Notes under the pieces: generated by a model
Seen by the model: only the letters and a program-made list of their open reading frames with translations
Told to the model about the DNA's origin: nothing
Database searches by the model: none
NCBI RefSeq assembly: GCF_006345805.1
Contig: NC_043013.1
Location: 38,316,001 to 38,380,000 of the forward strand
Source: Octopus sinensis
Lineage: Eukaryota
DNA length: 64,000 bases
Direction: 5' to 3'
Position numbers and translations under genes: made by a program
In this document: one piece after another, positions 1 through 14,150 of the stretch
Layout: the number at the start of each line of letters is the position of its first letter
Numbering within the stretch: the first letter of the stretch is position 1

Positions 1-422
1 GCAAATTCACGAGGGGTGGCGGAGATAGGATTGATATGTCCGGAAATCATTAGTCTTCGGTTCCAGCTGGACACACTGGCGTCGAACACGTCAACAACAT
101 TGATGATGAAACACTTAAAATGTCTTCGACAACGAAAATGTGAGAAGAGGAACGAAGAGACAGACAGACAGGGAGACAGGGAGACTGACTGTCAGACTAA
201 CACACAGATGGAGTAAAAGATGCATTGCTATTCCAGTGCTAAGAGTAAATACTGTAGACCTTTTGACAATGATAAAAATTCTAAAAAAGTCTGAGAACCG
301 AAATATCCTTGGATTTGTCTCGAGCACTTTTCAAAATGATATTATAATAGTATTTAATATTTTTAAATTACATTATGTAAATAATTTTCTAAATATATCT
401 ATGCGCGTTATATACGCACGCA

Positions 423-945
423 AGAGTGGCTCTGTGGTAAGACCACACGGTCACGGGGTTCAATCCCACCGCGCGGCACCATGCGCAAGTGTCTTCTACT
501 ATGGTCTCGGGCAGGTCAAAATCCTTGTGAGTGGATTTGGTAGACAGAAATTGAAAGAAGCCCGTCATATAAATATATATATATATATATAATGGAACAA
601 AAACGCAATAGAGCACGATAAAATATCCGGACAGATAGACGATACAAAGGCAGACAGAAAAAACAACAATTTGAGGGACAGGAAAAAAAAGGCGGGTCAT
701 TTGTGACCTTCTTTCGTCAGTCAAGTTACCAGATGTCCATACACTTTCGGGCAATATATATCCAAGTCTGTATTCGGTCCCCGGCTCCACGGCTTGTTGG
801 TGTGTTTGTCTCCGCAACCTAGTGGTTCGTCTTAAAAGGTCGACAGAATAAGTACCAGGCTAAAAACAATGTACTGGGGTCGTTACATTCTACTGTAAAT
901 CCTACAAGGCGGTGCCCCAGCCAGTCGCTTCTTGAAGACAAACTA
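423..945 (+). mobile_element. SINE family B (tRNA-like head + CORE-like segment), degenerate and interrupted
   Basis: Head GAGTGGCTCTGTGGTAAG...CAAGTGTCTTCTACTAT...GAAAGAAGCCCGTC at 423-566. A 3' module (GACAGAATAAGTACCAGG...GGCGGTGCCCCAG) lies at about 790-945. Both match the fuller copies at 17251 and 20512. Confidence 0.7.
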
Positions 946-1724
946 GCAGAAACCAAAATCTTCGAAGTTACAGTCAACATTATTCTTTAAAATGCTTATG
1001 CATGCGTGTGAGTATATATACATATATGTATGTGCGTGCGTGTCTCTGTGTGTGTGCGTGTCTCTGTGTGTGTGCGTAGGTGTGTGTGTATGCATGTCTG
1101 TGCGTGTATGTGTGTATGTATTTATTAAGATGTATATTAGTGTGTATCTAGATATCTATTTATTTATGCATGCATCTATGTATACTTGTGTATATGCAAG
1201 TATGTGTGAGTGTATGTGTGTGTTTCTACATGCATCTAATTTGGCGCATGCGCTTTTGCATATGTAAATGTGTGTACGTGTATAACATTTCATTTGATTC
1301 TCTGTGTTACTTTATGAAAATGTGCGATACGTTGTCGCATATGTCACGGACAAATTTATTCAAACAGTCATAGGGTAAAGTACATACTGACCGCCATATT
1401 TCCTGCACATTATATTGATTTTGAAAATGTGTGCATAAACACAAAGACAAACATGCAAACAATTATATATCAAAGTATGTATATAATGCATGTACACACA
1501 CTAATGCAAGCATATATATATATATATACATCATTAAACAAAAGCATGCACACACAAGTCTGATAATCTCTCAACTTGATGTACAATGAAACAAATATAA
1601 TCCTATTATAAATAAAAAAAATGTTATGCATGCTTCTGTGCATACGGATGTATATATAAACATACATGCATTCACACACAAATTAATATACATTTATATT
1701 TTCATAAAGCTTCCCGTTATATAT

Positions 1725-1757
1725 ATATATATATGCGTTTATGCACACACACATATA

Positions 1758-1849
<92 letters not shown>

Positions 1850-1850
1850 G

Positions 1851-1893
<43 letters not shown>

Positions 1894-1900
1894 CGCATAC
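1725..1900. repeat. (TA)n microsatellite, representative of many TA/CA/TG/TACA tracts
   Basis: Directly visible. Similar tracts at about 3060-3655, 4730-4830, 6615-6940, 12490-12750, 44060-44690, 45110-45225, 45800-46170, 51860-52170, 58500-58690 and 59200-59475. Confidence 0.97.
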
Positions 1901-2088
1901 ACATGTATATACGTGCACATATCTGAGTGCACGTGTGTGTAGGTAAGTATGCGCGTTTGCATACACCGAGGGTGCATAGAAAATCATATATTCACACATA
2001 TATGCCTATACATTCATTTCTTGTATATTGACACATACACACTCTCGGACACGTAGTCAAGTACGCATGCAATTATACACGATTCAAA

Positions 2089-2126
<38 letters not shown>

Positions 2127-2433
2127 AATGCAATTTGGCCATTTCGCGTATATCCATTCCTAAATTATGAACAGTCTTTCTATATACCTTATGTTAATTT
2201 GTCTATAAGCATTTGTGTATGTATATGTTTATATGCACGTATGTCTACATATATATATATACACACACACTCACATATATGCATCTGTGTACTAGCTTTT
2301 GGGTTTGTTCTTGAACATTCGTTCTTCGACTTCCCTTGTCATCAAATGAATGCATACAAATACGTGTACATACAGAGAAACAAACATACACGCATACTCA
2401 TACGTATAGGTGAGACTCTAATGAATGCATTGC

Positions 2434-2480
<47 letters not shown>

Positions 2481-2554
2481 TATATATAAGAGATAGATAG
2501 ATAGATATGCATGTATATATGGTGTGCGCGTGTGTCACTAGATGTAGATTTTAC

Positions 2555-2604
<50 letters not shown>

Positions 2605-3054
2605 AGTCTTTACATGAGGTCATAATCTTTTTGATCCCTTCGTAAACCCCTACCAACGACAACCGGAACAACAACAAAAGCAAATAACAAAAATACCAAA
2701 GTACCAAAAGCAATACAAAAAAAAATAGAAAATCCCCCAAATGAAGAGACGATGAGGACACGGGGAGGCCAAGGAATAGAAAGAGACAGAGACAAAAAGA
2801 AACTTGATTAGAGAACAAGAGGGAGAGAGAGACAGACAGAGAGGAATGATGTATATGATAGGAGAGTTGAAGAAATATAGACAAAGAAGTGTAGAGAAAG
2901 AAAGAGGGGATAACTTCGATAAAAGCTTCGTTTCGGCACAAAAGCATTTTTCAAATACCTTGTATTTCCCTCATTTCCCTTCGCTATTGTTTATATAGTG
3001 ATTTGTCCACGAACAATTACGCTTGGCTCCTACATTATATACGTACATACATGC

Positions 3055-3101
<47 letters not shown>

Positions 3102-3104
3102 CTA

Positions 3105-3141
<37 letters not shown>

Positions 3142-3203
3142 AACACATAAATATATATATATATATTTGTATGTATATGTATATCTATATCTATTTATTT
3201 ATC

Positions 3204-3255
<52 letters not shown>

Positions 3256-3292
3256 TATGCACCTGCATGCATGGATGTATATGCAATAGATG

Positions 3293-3342
<50 letters not shown>

Positions 3343-4629
3343 TATATATACGTGTGTGTGCGCGCGGATATATATATATACATATATAAAATGCATTCAT
3401 ATACACATGTACGTTTATAAAAATGCACACGAATGTAGGCACATGTGCACACACACATACGTATATATATATATATATACATATGCACGTGTGTGTACGT
3501 ATATATGTATGTATATATATATTTATATATATATACATGTATGTATATGTATGTATGTATGTATATATATATATTTACGTATGTACGTATATATATATAT
3601 GTGCGTGTGCGTGTATATATGTATGTGTATGTGTATATATATATATATATATATAGGTACCTAAGTAGGCTGGTAAGTAGGTAGGTAAATAGATGTATAG
3701 ATATATGTTTGTGTATATAGTTTTGCAGGAATGTACGTATAGGAGGTGAATGTGAATATCGCTATATACGTGTAACTGTATGTATATATTTGCCAATACT
3801 TCTCTGCATGTGTCAATGTATGTGCATATGTGTGCATATATTTATTTGTGTGTATGTGTGTGGGTTATCATGTATAGCTTTCACATGCTCAATAATTATA
3901 TATTTCTTGTACAATATTTTTCTTTTTTCTTCCACCCTTCTTCCTCATACCCTATCTTCCCTCCCCCTTAACCCACGCTCCTCTTCCTCCCTCTCTTTCT
4001 CTATCTCTATTTATTTTCTAATTATCTCGCTCTTGTCTACTTTATATCCCTCCATCGTTCTCAGCCCCGTCTCAAATACGCTCTATCATAAATACGAACA
4101 ATAACATAGACTTTAGAATGAGCGTACATACATACAAGAATTTCCGGACGTTTCCATATCCCCGCTCCGTTGTTTCGTCTCATATCGTTCTTCTCTTCCT
4201 CAACCCCTCTCTCCCCACCCCTCTCTTTTTTCTATTTTCTCCATTTTGCATCACTCCATTGTATCCAGGCTAAATGACCGTCAGCTTGCCTCCTAGCCGA
4301 TCGCCTTCATGATGACAACCAGCGATCACTGCTCACTAAAATCCGTTCTGTGGCAGCCATCTTAGGCGTTAACTTTACATTTCAGGGATACTTAAATAAT
4401 GAAAGACATTTGAATAAAGAGCAAAATATCTTTTGTTTTATACTGGCATAAACCTCTTCTACATATACACCCCTGATACATACGTGTGCATGTGTATGCA
4501 TGAATGTTTGTACGTACCTTACGTACGTACGTACGTACACGTACACACACACATATATATATGCACACATATACAAACATACACATTGCAATAACGTATA
4601 TGTGAAGGAGTATTTTGACAGAATAAATC

Positions 4630-4669
<40 letters not shown>

Positions 4670-4721
4670 GTCAATCCAAACATGAAAACATAACAACGCT
4701 ACGACGTGGAACAAGTATATT

Positions 4722-4812
<91 letters not shown>

Positions 4813-5584
4813 ATATAACTATATATATACACATATATACGCACATACATGTGTGTATGCAGAAGAAGAGAGACAGACAGACAGAAAAAAGAGAAAGAAA
4901 GACACAGAGTGACATAGAAAATTGTTAGATCTTCGAATGAGAAAAAAAATATTCGATACATAAAATACGAATTAATAACTTTTACATAGTCAATGATTAA
5001 CTTTCCACCATCTGAGCGCAGATCTGAAACGGAATATTAAAAACAAAGTGGATACACCTAGTAGTCCAGGATCTCACAAAATAGTACTTGTCATTTGATT
5101 TGTTTCAGCTCTCTCTCTCTCTCTGTCTCTCTCTCTCTCTCTCTCACTTTCTCTCTCTCTCTCGTTCCCCCTGTCTAGCTTTGTTGATCTTACAGTTGAC
5201 TGATAGAAAAGTGCTGCAAATATCCACTATCAAGTGAGGCTGATGTTGGATAATATAGAGCTTCTTTGAGAGGCAGAGTTTACAAGGATTTCTTTATTTG
5301 CAAAATATCCGTGCGTTATCTAACGCCCTCGATAAGATAACACTGGTCACTCGAATTCCAAATGTATACAGGATATGCTGAAATCTTGTGTCCATAGTAG
5401 CTCATTCTGCTATCGTTACTTATGGAAGTAGCAACAGTAGAACGAACTATCATGCAGCTGCAAACGACTCTTCAAGGAGTGTCCTGCGAATTCTATATAC
5501 TGTTTTCATGTTAATGCACAGACTTCAGGACTTCAGTCTATCATATGAATTTCATTACATTGTCTGGCAATATCCTTTCTACTA

Positions 5585-5790
5585 TAAGAACAGGGCCTGA
5601 AATTTTGGGGGAGAGAACTAGTCGATTATATCGACCCCAGTGTTTTACTGGTACTTAATTTGTCGACCCCGAAAGGATGAAAGGCAAAGTTGACCTCGAT
5701 GGAATTTGAACTCGGAACGTAATGATGGAGAAAATGCTGCTGAGCATATTGCCTAGCGTGCTAACGATTCTGCCAGCTCACCGACTTACC
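5585..5790 (-). mobile_element. SINE family A (tRNA-like head, Meta-like central domain)
   Basis: Reverse complement of the GAGCTGGCAGAATCGTTAGCAC...GAGTTCAAATTCC...GCCTTTCATCCTTTCGGGGTCGA...AAGTACCAG consensus that recurs more than 20 times in the window. Confidence 0.85.
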
Positions 5791-6188
5791 TTGTCTGGTA
5801 ATATAGTATCTGTGTATGCGAGTGTATGTGTGTCTGCGTGTATTCATATACACATGTATGCAAGCAGAGCCTATGTGAAGGGGTTTCAGTCAAGGTTTGG
5901 GTAACCAAGGAGGGGCTGTCTGATTTCTTTTATAGAGAAAACAAGAGGCCCTGTTTCTTTACGATATGGAGCTCAAAACTGACCTCCATCCGACTTTTAA
6001 GCTTTGAAAGACATCTGTAGATTAATAGTGCGGTGACACTTTTGCGCTCGTGAGATTTTGTGTAATATTGAATTTATTAGATGTTATTGCCGTTATGTGT
6101 ATACATGTGTGTGCTCATTTACATAAATACATACATTCATATACATATACATACACATATATGAACATAAATTTATTCGGACATAATA

Positions 6189-6393
6189 CGAGGGGGTGCT
6201 GGAAAGTTCCTGGGTTTTGGGTAAAAGAATATACAGGAGGATCAATTAATTATGATTTTATCCGACATATTCCGTTCTCAGATTCATACACTTATTGCAG
6301 CGGTCTTTCAGTTTTCCTAAGCCCTATAAAAGAACTCGGGACGTTGGGGCTTCCGACCACCGATTTTGCGATACCCTTAAAACCAGGAACTTT
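6189..6393. mobile_element. mariner-derived MITE with truncated right TIR
   Basis: TA|CGAGGGGGTGCTGGAAAGTTCCTGGGTTT at the left end and the inverted AAAACCAGGAACTTT at 6379-6393. No coding capacity. Confidence 0.65.
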
Positions 6394-6612
6394 GTGAGTG
6401 TGTGTGTTAAAAGTGCTGAAGATTAGTACATGTCTCTTCAAAATCATTATAGCTTATTTGTGTTTAATGACTGATAGTATACAGACAAAAGCTGCTTTTG
6501 TCTCCTCACTCATCAACACGATTCCTTTATAGGCAAATAGATGTACGCATATATACATGCGTGTGTGTGTATGCATGTGTATACATTCATACATTCATGT
6601 GCGTAGATATTT

Positions 6613-6671
<59 letters not shown>

Positions 6672-6790
6672 GTATACATATACATATGTATACATATATA
6701 CTTACATATATATACATATATATATATATACATACATATATACATATATACATACATATATTTACATATATATATATGTATATATATATA

Positions 6791-6821
<31 letters not shown>

Positions 6822-6846
6822 CATATATACATATATGTATATATAT

Positions 6847-6942
<96 letters not shown>

Positions 6943-7377
6943 AGCCTACATGTTCACGCATGTCCGTGTTTGCGATTGTTTGTTATATTTATTACTATTC
7001 TTAAAAATGGAGAAAAACATTATTAATATATTAATGATATTATCATGCATTATTAAAATTGCCATTGTATGTCAATACGAACAGACGTCTCTGTCAGAGC
7101 TCTGCAAGGATATATATTTTATGTGATGTTTACTTTTCATTTTTTATTTGTTAAATTGTACTATTAGAACCATTTTGGTGTTTTTGAGGTTTCATCCCTT
7201 TACCTGGGTCAATGAAGGGATTTCTTTTTAACAATTTGAATGTTTTATCGCAGTGTCACACAGTCAGACTGTCGGATGTTGTTATACACCGCTGGTCACA
7301 ATGTGCTTATTCAGATATTTGTAGCTTCCGACGGATGTCACCCAGCTGGTTAAGTGTGCAGGTTTATTGCGTATATA

Positions 7378-7590
7378 GGAGCACTCCGTCGGTTACGACG
7401 ACGAGGGTCCCAGCTGATACGATCAACGGAACAGCTTGCTCGTAAAATTAACGTGCAAGTAGCCGAGCATTCCACAGACACGTGAAATAAAGTGTCTTGC
7501 TCAAGGACACAACGTGCCGCCGGGAATTGAACTCACGACCTTACGATCATGAACCGAATGCCCCTAACCACTAAGCTACTCGCCTTCATT
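7378..7590 (-). mobile_element. SINE family D (tRNA head + CORE-like GTGTCCTTGAGCAAGACAC, 3' tail shared with family C)
   Basis: Reverse complement shows A box TAGCTTAGTGG, B box GAGTTCAATTCC and GTGTCCTTGAGCAAGACACTTT. The tail GGAGCACTCCGTCGGTTACGACG matches 39481 and 61412. Confidence 0.8.
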
Positions 7591-8084
7591 GCGTATATAA
7601 GACCGAGATCATGATATAAGTCTTAAACGGAACACTAATCCGTCGCAGAGTAACTCATTTACAGCCGAGTGGACTGGGGTAACGTGAAACGATGTGTCTT
7701 TTCTCAAGAATACAACGCACCATCCGTTTCAGGAATCGAAACTACGATGGCAAGATTGTAGGTGTAATATTCTAACCCCAGGGCCATCCGCGTCAAGATA
7801 AATAACTGTAATATTTACACACGGTGCAAAATGACACTCAGAATTAGTAGAAATCAGTTCACGCACATTTGTGGTTGCAGTTGTCTCAATATTATATACA
7901 CACCTTCCAATTATATTTCAGACAATTAAAAAACAAGCCGTATTGAAAATTATACAGGTGGTAAAAAACAAAAAACCTACACACGGAATTTCAAGCTCAT
8001 GCGATTATCCAATGGAAGGCATAAAAACATCAATTAATGTTTGAAATATTAATTTCATTGGAAACACATAGTACAACCTAAATC

Positions 8085-8088
<4 letters not shown>

Positions 8089-8166
<78 letters not shown>

Positions 8167-8171
8167 AAGAG

Positions 8172-8229
<58 letters not shown>
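8089..8229. repeat. (GA)n microsatellite
   Basis: Directly visible. Confidence 0.97.
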
Positions 8230-8232
<3 letters not shown>

Positions 8233-8300
8233 ACGTTTCGAACGTTGGCAGACGCTCAATACTTTCTACCTGTGCGGCAAAAGGTTCGATAGAAATTCTC

Positions 8301-8835
8301 TTGGGTTGTCCGGAAAGTTCGTGCCGATTTATAGCAGCTTACCTTTCGACTTATTTCAGAACATGGTTGAGTTCACAAAATAGGATTTGACTACACCTCC
8401 ATTTAGAGCGCAGTTTAAGCTATCTTTTCGTGGAAGAAGGTTTATATTCCTATAACCGGCCTTAATTCTGTAACCCTTTAAAATGGAAGATAAGAAAGTT
8501 AATTTTCGGGACTTGATGCTTTTCTTTTTCCGTATAGAGAAAAATGCCTCACAAGCAACCAAAGAAATATGCGTAGTTTACGGTGATGTTTCTTTATCCG
8601 AAAGAACGTACGGAAGTGGTTCACAAGGTTCCGAGCTGGAAATTGTAGCCTTGTTGATAAAAAGCGATCAGGCAGACCATCCACTACAGATGATGACCAA
8701 ATGAAGTCATTAATTGAGAATAACCCACATTGCACAACACGAGAATTGGCAGAAAGCCTCAGCCTATCAAAATCTGTCGTTCATGAGCACCTGGTAAAGC
8801 TTTAAAAATCGGCACGAACTTTCCGGACAACCCAA
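8301..8835 (+). mobile_element. internally deleted mariner transposon with perfect 30-bp TIRs
   Basis: TTGGGTTGTCCGGAAAGTTCGTGCCGATTT at 8301-8330 and its exact reverse complement at 8806-8835, followed by TA. The left flank is TC rather than TA. Confidence 0.92.
8483..8805 (+). pseudogene. mariner transposase N-terminal DNA-binding region only, one frameshift
   Basis: MEDKKVNFRDLMLFFFRIEKNASQATKEICVVYGDVSLSERT / RKWFTRFRAGNCSLVDKKRSGRPSTTDDDQMKSLIENNPHCTTRELAESLSLSKSVVHEHLVKL*: two HTH motifs and the RSGRP linker typical of mariner. The catalytic domain is absent. Confidence 0.9.
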
Positions 8836-8849
8836 TACTTTCGCGTCCT

Positions 8850-9490
8850 ATAGTAGAAGAAAGGTGGCAAGATGACGTTGTTGGAGAAACTCTGGGTGTC
8901 AATGAAAATCAACTAGTTGACCTGCTCTGGAATACTTACATCCAGGGCCCATGGATAATTTTCTGAGATCATTGACCTGGAAGTGCTACCGGATGCATTG
9001 TTGATTTGGGACAAACTCTATAGGCAAAGATAATGCCTGATTATACTAGCAATTGAGACTTTCCGCAATGTGTGTAGAGCGACGAAAATGTCCTGCGCGT
9101 ACCCCTCCAGTGCTTGAATGTTACTGACTTAGGGGTATATGTCGAATGACTAGCGTCATGTGTAGGATGGAGCTGGCTAACAGCTGATTCCATTGTGAAG
9201 ACTGCTCTGACTCTGTATCTTTTGGCCTGGAATGGCAGGCAGTCTTTATCCGTCTGGTTACCATGATGAAAGAGATTGTGTAGTGGTAGTGGGCCAAGTT
9301 GAAAGGGCTCATGACAGATACTTTCCTGTTTGGTCTGACCCTCGTCAACTTTCTAAGATTTTACTTCAGAAAAGTAACAGGGGATAGAGATGAGGTGTTG
9401 CATTCTAGCAAATTTGTTGAAAGATGTGTGAAATGGGTAGCCAGGTTCAAGTAAATGCACCTGATCTACGCATACGATTTTAGGTTGGTG
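8850..9490 (+). pseudogene. decayed L1/Tx1-clade LINE ORF2 C-terminus (zf-RVT-like)
   Basis: Manual translation across frameshifts gives GPMDNFLRSLTWKCYR..ALLIWDKLYRQ...PQCV*SDENVLR..LQC, resembling the C-x2-C...E-T-x2-H...C region downstream of L1/Tx1 RT. Confidence 0.55.
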
Positions 9491-9499
9491 GAGTACAGA

Positions 9500-9670
9500 C
9501 TTAGTGGCATTTCGTTCGTCTTTACGTTCTGAGTTCAAATTCTGCCGAAGTCGATTTTGGCTTCCCTCCTTTCGAGGTCGATGGAATAACCACCAGTTAA
9601 ACACTGGGGTCGATGTAATCGTCTTACTTCCCCTCTAACAGCTGGCCTTGTGCTAAAATTTGAAACCAAT
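9500..9670 (+). mobile_element. SINE family A, 5'-truncated
   Basis: CGTTCTGAGTTCAAATTCTGCCGAAGTCGA...CACTGGGGTCGATGTAATCG matches the consensus. Confidence 0.8.
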
Positions 9671-9832
9671 GTTTTTTTGTTTTTGTTTTTTTTCGTTCGT
9701 CTGTCGATATATATTGCACATATCTCTCTTAATTTTGTTATTATTTCTGTTATTATACAAAGTTATATATTAAACATTTGCTACCATTTTATAGATAAAC
9801 TAACCAGAACCTTAGTGAACTAGTTAGTTAAG

Positions 9833-10141
9833 ATGAAGATACCAGAGGCACCACCAGAAGTGGATATCTCTTTGCTAGTGACAGCCGTATTATACGGAAC
9901 AGAGAATAAAACAATAATTCCCCTAGTGCCCAAAATGGGAAAGAAAAATTGGTCAGGCATGGGAATGGAATTATTGATACAGACTGATGAGTCAGTATCG
10001 AAGCTATCCTTGAACTGATAAACCTTCCAAAGGGTATGCAGCTATTTGTTGCAGTTGAGGGCAGAAAGACGAGATGCCACATGTGTGGTGGGACAAACCA
10101 CATAAAGGCTTTCTGCTCCATGCAAAGAAAGGAGAAAAAGT

Positions 10142-10172
<31 letters not shown>

Positions 10173-10320
10173 AGATATCTCCAACACAACAGCAATAAAA
10201 ACAGCAGGAACACCAACAACAGCAACACCAACTGCATCTGTGCCAAGAGCAGCAGCATCTGAAGCAAGAACAATATCAACAGAAGATGCTGCAAAGCACA
10301 GGTACAACATCCAAGGAAAT
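9833..10320 (+). pseudogene. gag-like ORF1 fragment of a non-LTR retrotransposon with CCHC zinc knuckle
   Basis: VEGRKTRCHMCGGTNHIKAFC fits C-x2-C-x4-H-x4-C and is followed by an A/T/P-rich low-complexity tail. The frame is broken near 10018 and cut by a SINE at 10320. A probable continuation (PPEWILVKNKRK) lies at about 10510-10800. Confidence 0.7.
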
Positions 10321-10321
10321 C

Positions 10322-10508
10322 AATATGTTTCTTTATTACCCACAAGGGGCTAAACATAGAAGGGACAAACAAGGACAGAAAAATGGATTAAATCGATAAC
10401 AACGATCCCAGTGCGTAACTGGTACTTAATTTATCGACCCCCGAAAGGATGAAAGGCAAAGTCGACCTCGGCGGAATTTGAACTCTGAACGTAGCGGCAG
10501 ACGAAATA
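10322..10508 (-). mobile_element. SINE family A
   Basis: CGACCCCCGAAAGGATGAAAGGCAAAGTCGACCTCGGCGGAATTTGAACTC matches the consensus. Confidence 0.88.
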
Positions 10509-10796
10509 GGGCTGCGCCAATAGCATAACCTTCACAATCACAACTTAAAGTAGCCTCATCCACACCAGTCTTAGAAATGCGCAACTGCGCAGACATGCCT
10601 CTCCTCCGCCTGTCACAGATTTATCCGAATGTGAAAACTCGTCTGGCGAGGAAAATAGTTTGAGAAAACCACCAGAATGGATCCTGGTGAAAAATAAAAG
10701 AAAAAATACAAGATATAAAGCACGTACATGACTAAAAAGGAATAGATTAGAGTGAGGGTCACAGAAACTAACAATCACACACCCACAAACACTTAA

Positions 10797-10797
10797 C

Positions 10798-10840
<43 letters not shown>

Positions 10841-10857
10841 GAATAATAATAATAATA

Positions 10858-10889
<32 letters not shown>

Positions 10890-10944
10890 CACCATTACTA
10901 TAATCATTACCATTATCATTGTAACAATGACAATGATGATGATG

Positions 10945-10979
<35 letters not shown>

Positions 10980-11142
10980 GAGTTCAAATTCCACCGAGGT
11001 CGACTTTGCCTTTCATCCTTTCGGGTTCGATAAATCAAGTACCAGTGAAAACACTGAAGTCGATATAATCGAGTAGTCCCCTCCCCCAAAATTTCAGGTC
11101 TTCTACCTTTAGTAGAAGGGATTGTTATTATTATTATTATTA

Positions 11143-11200
<58 letters not shown>

Positions 11201-11401
11201 GATTAATGTAAAAAATAAATAACACTGAAGCAAAATAACACCAAATATATAGTTTATTGGCTAAACTGGCAAAATGACCATTCCGAAATATAACAATATA
11301 TGTTTCAACACACGACTTCACATAAAAAAAATCTTGCACAACAAATATATAAACGTATTATTATTACTATTATTATTATATTATTATTATTATTATTATT
11401 A

Positions 11402-11441
<40 letters not shown>

Positions 11442-11678
11442 GGCGGCAAGATGACAGAATCGTTAGCGCGTCGGGAAAAATGCTTAGCCGCATTTCGTCT
11501 GCCTTGTCGTTCAGATTTCAAATTCCGCTGAGGTCGACTTTGCTTTTCATCCTTTTGCTATCGACAGAATAAGTACCAGTTAAGTACTGGAGTCGATGAA
11601 ATAGACTTACCCCTGCTCCCTCCAAATTTCAGGTCATGTGCCTATAGTAGAAATGATTGTCATTATCATCATCATCAC

Positions 11679-11738
<60 letters not shown>

Positions 11739-11761
11739 TATTATTATTATCATCATCATCA

Positions 11762-11829
<68 letters not shown>

Positions 11830-11832
11830 TCA
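10797..11832. repeat. (AAT)n/(ATT)n/(ATC)n microsatellite cluster interleaved with family A SINEs (10978-11120 and 11440-11655, both +)
   Basis: Trinucleotide tracts directly visible; SINE consensus lies between them. Confidence 0.9.
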
Positions 11833-12305
11833 TACTGAATTTTTAAGAAAAAAAATTAGAAACAAGGAACATATTCAGAAAATAGTCTATTTAAATAGAA
11901 TAATTATCCTCGAATCATTGTCAGTCTGTTCCTGCTGTGAAACTACATTAGACAACTGTGAACGAGACTTTCTGGTGTTCTTCGTATATTGTTTCTCACT
12001 CTGTGTTTGCTCTTTTAATTTTCAGCTTGCTGGTGAATTGTAAAAACCAAATCCTTGAATGCCACCGATTTATTATTATTTTTTTTTCTTCTTAACCACA
12101 TCGCGTTATGTCCTACATACTCCTTGAGTAGCAAAATAACATACTTGTATACACAAAATGAACATGCATATACACACACTCATTCACACACACATAGTCA
12201 CACATACATTCACTCATAGAAGTATAAGCATGCACACACACACTCCACTCATGTTCACACACCTACACACAATTCGCATTCAAATACGCCTACCCGCATT
12301 TACAA

Positions 12306-12339
<34 letters not shown>

Positions 12340-12363
12340 TGTGTGTGTGTGTGTCTGTCTGTG

Positions 12364-12404
<41 letters not shown>

Positions 12405-12487
12405 AGTGTGGAGGGGCGGTAAGAGAAAAAACGTGCGAAAACTTTGAATTCTATTCACGAAAATGGCACAAACACAATCATTGAAAT

Positions 12488-12519
<32 letters not shown>

Positions 12520-12546
12520 ATATATATATATATATATAATATATAC

Positions 12547-12591
<45 letters not shown>

Positions 12592-12659
12592 GTGTGTGTG
12601 TTTGTATATATATATGTATGTATATATATATATATATACATACATATATATATATACTA

Positions 12660-12690
<31 letters not shown>

Positions 12691-12693
12691 CAT

Positions 12694-12752
<59 letters not shown>

Positions 12753-13199
12753 TGAACATACATACGTATAAATGGGTCTTGGGGACCGATATGAGCTTGT
12801 GTTAGCGTGCGGGTTTTTTGTATAAATGTTTATAGTGTATATGACATTAGACCCGCGCAAAAACATACGTTTGTGGTGTAAATGAGGAAGTAAACACTGG
12901 TAAATGAAAATATATTACGAAATTTAGCTCCTGTTTATATAACTATGCGTATCGTTTCACATACCTATATGGTGGTATATTCAAATGTTTATGCTCATAT
13001 GTAAGATTTGTATTGCTTTGTTTTTTGGGTTTTTTCTTCTAAATATTGTTTTTACACGATTTACGTGTTTTACACCTCTCATCGTTATCGTCTTCGTCGT
13101 TTTTTTTTTTTTGTTGTTGCTGTTTTTGCTTTTGGTTGTTGTTTCTTCTTTGAGACCAGATCGTCTATAGCCAATAGATCTATGATCAAAGACGTTCGA

Positions 13200-14150
13200 A
13201 TTCTTTTCTATTCTAGGTGCAAGGCCCCGAAATTTGGTGGGAGGGCGCCAGTCAATTAAATCTACCGCGGTACGCAATTAGTACTTAATTTATCGACCCA
13301 GAAAGGATGAAAGGCAAAGTCGACCTCGGTGGAATTTGAACTCAGAACGTAACGGTAGCGGTATTTCGTATGCTGTTACGCTGAGGTCAACTTTGCCTTT
13401 CATCCTTTCGGGGTCGATAGATTAAGTACCAGTTGCATTCTGGAATCGATCTGATCGAGTGGCCCCCCGCCCCCCGAAAAATTTCGGGCCTTATGCCTTG
13501 AGTAGAATAGAATATTCGAAATTTTGTTGTTATACTTTTCTTTATCATAAGTTCAATACCTGCCGAAATCAACTCCATAAGCCTTCGACTGCATTCCATT
13601 CTTCTCAGGTCAGGAAAACCAAAAAGCACCAGACAAATATTGCAGGCGATTTAACCAACTATATCATTTGCATCACACCAAATTCTTGGTCTTCAGTCAA
13701 TGTAAAAAAAAGTAATTATTATTTGGAAAGGAAAGGTGGCGAGCTGGCAGAATCGTTAGCACGCCGGGCGAAATGCTTAGCGGTATTTCGTCAGCCGCTA
13801 CGTTCTGAGTTCAAATTCTGCCGAGGTCGACTTTGCCCTTCATCTTTTCGGAGGTCGATTAAATAAGTACCAGTTATGCACTGGGGTCGATATAATCGAC
13901 TTAATCCGTTTGTCTGTCCTTGTTGGTAATCTCTGTGTGTAGCCCCTTGTGGGTAGTAAAGAAATAGGTATCGTTAGCACACCGGGCAAAATGCTTAGCG
14001 GCAGTTCTGAGTTCAAATTCCAACAAGGTTGACTTTACCTTTCATCCCTTCGAGATCGATAAAATAAGTACCAGTTAAATATTGGGGTCGATATAATTGA
14101 TTCACACCTTCCTCGAAATTGCTGGCCTTGTGCCAATATTTGAATCCATT
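13200..14150. mobile_element. cluster of family A SINEs (13200-13355 -, 13360-13510 +, 13733-13968 +, 13969-14150 +)
   Basis: Repeated matches to the family A consensus in both orientations. 13733-13968 is a full-length copy. Confidence 0.88.

Noticed and set aside
4305-4400. Possible C/D box snoRNA (ATGATGA)
   Set aside because: No suitably placed D box (CTGA) or terminal stem.
13733-14150. Regularly recurring repeats resembling a CRISPR array
   Set aside because: These are dispersed or tandem SINE copies in eukaryotic DNA, with no repeat-spacer periodicity and no cas genes.
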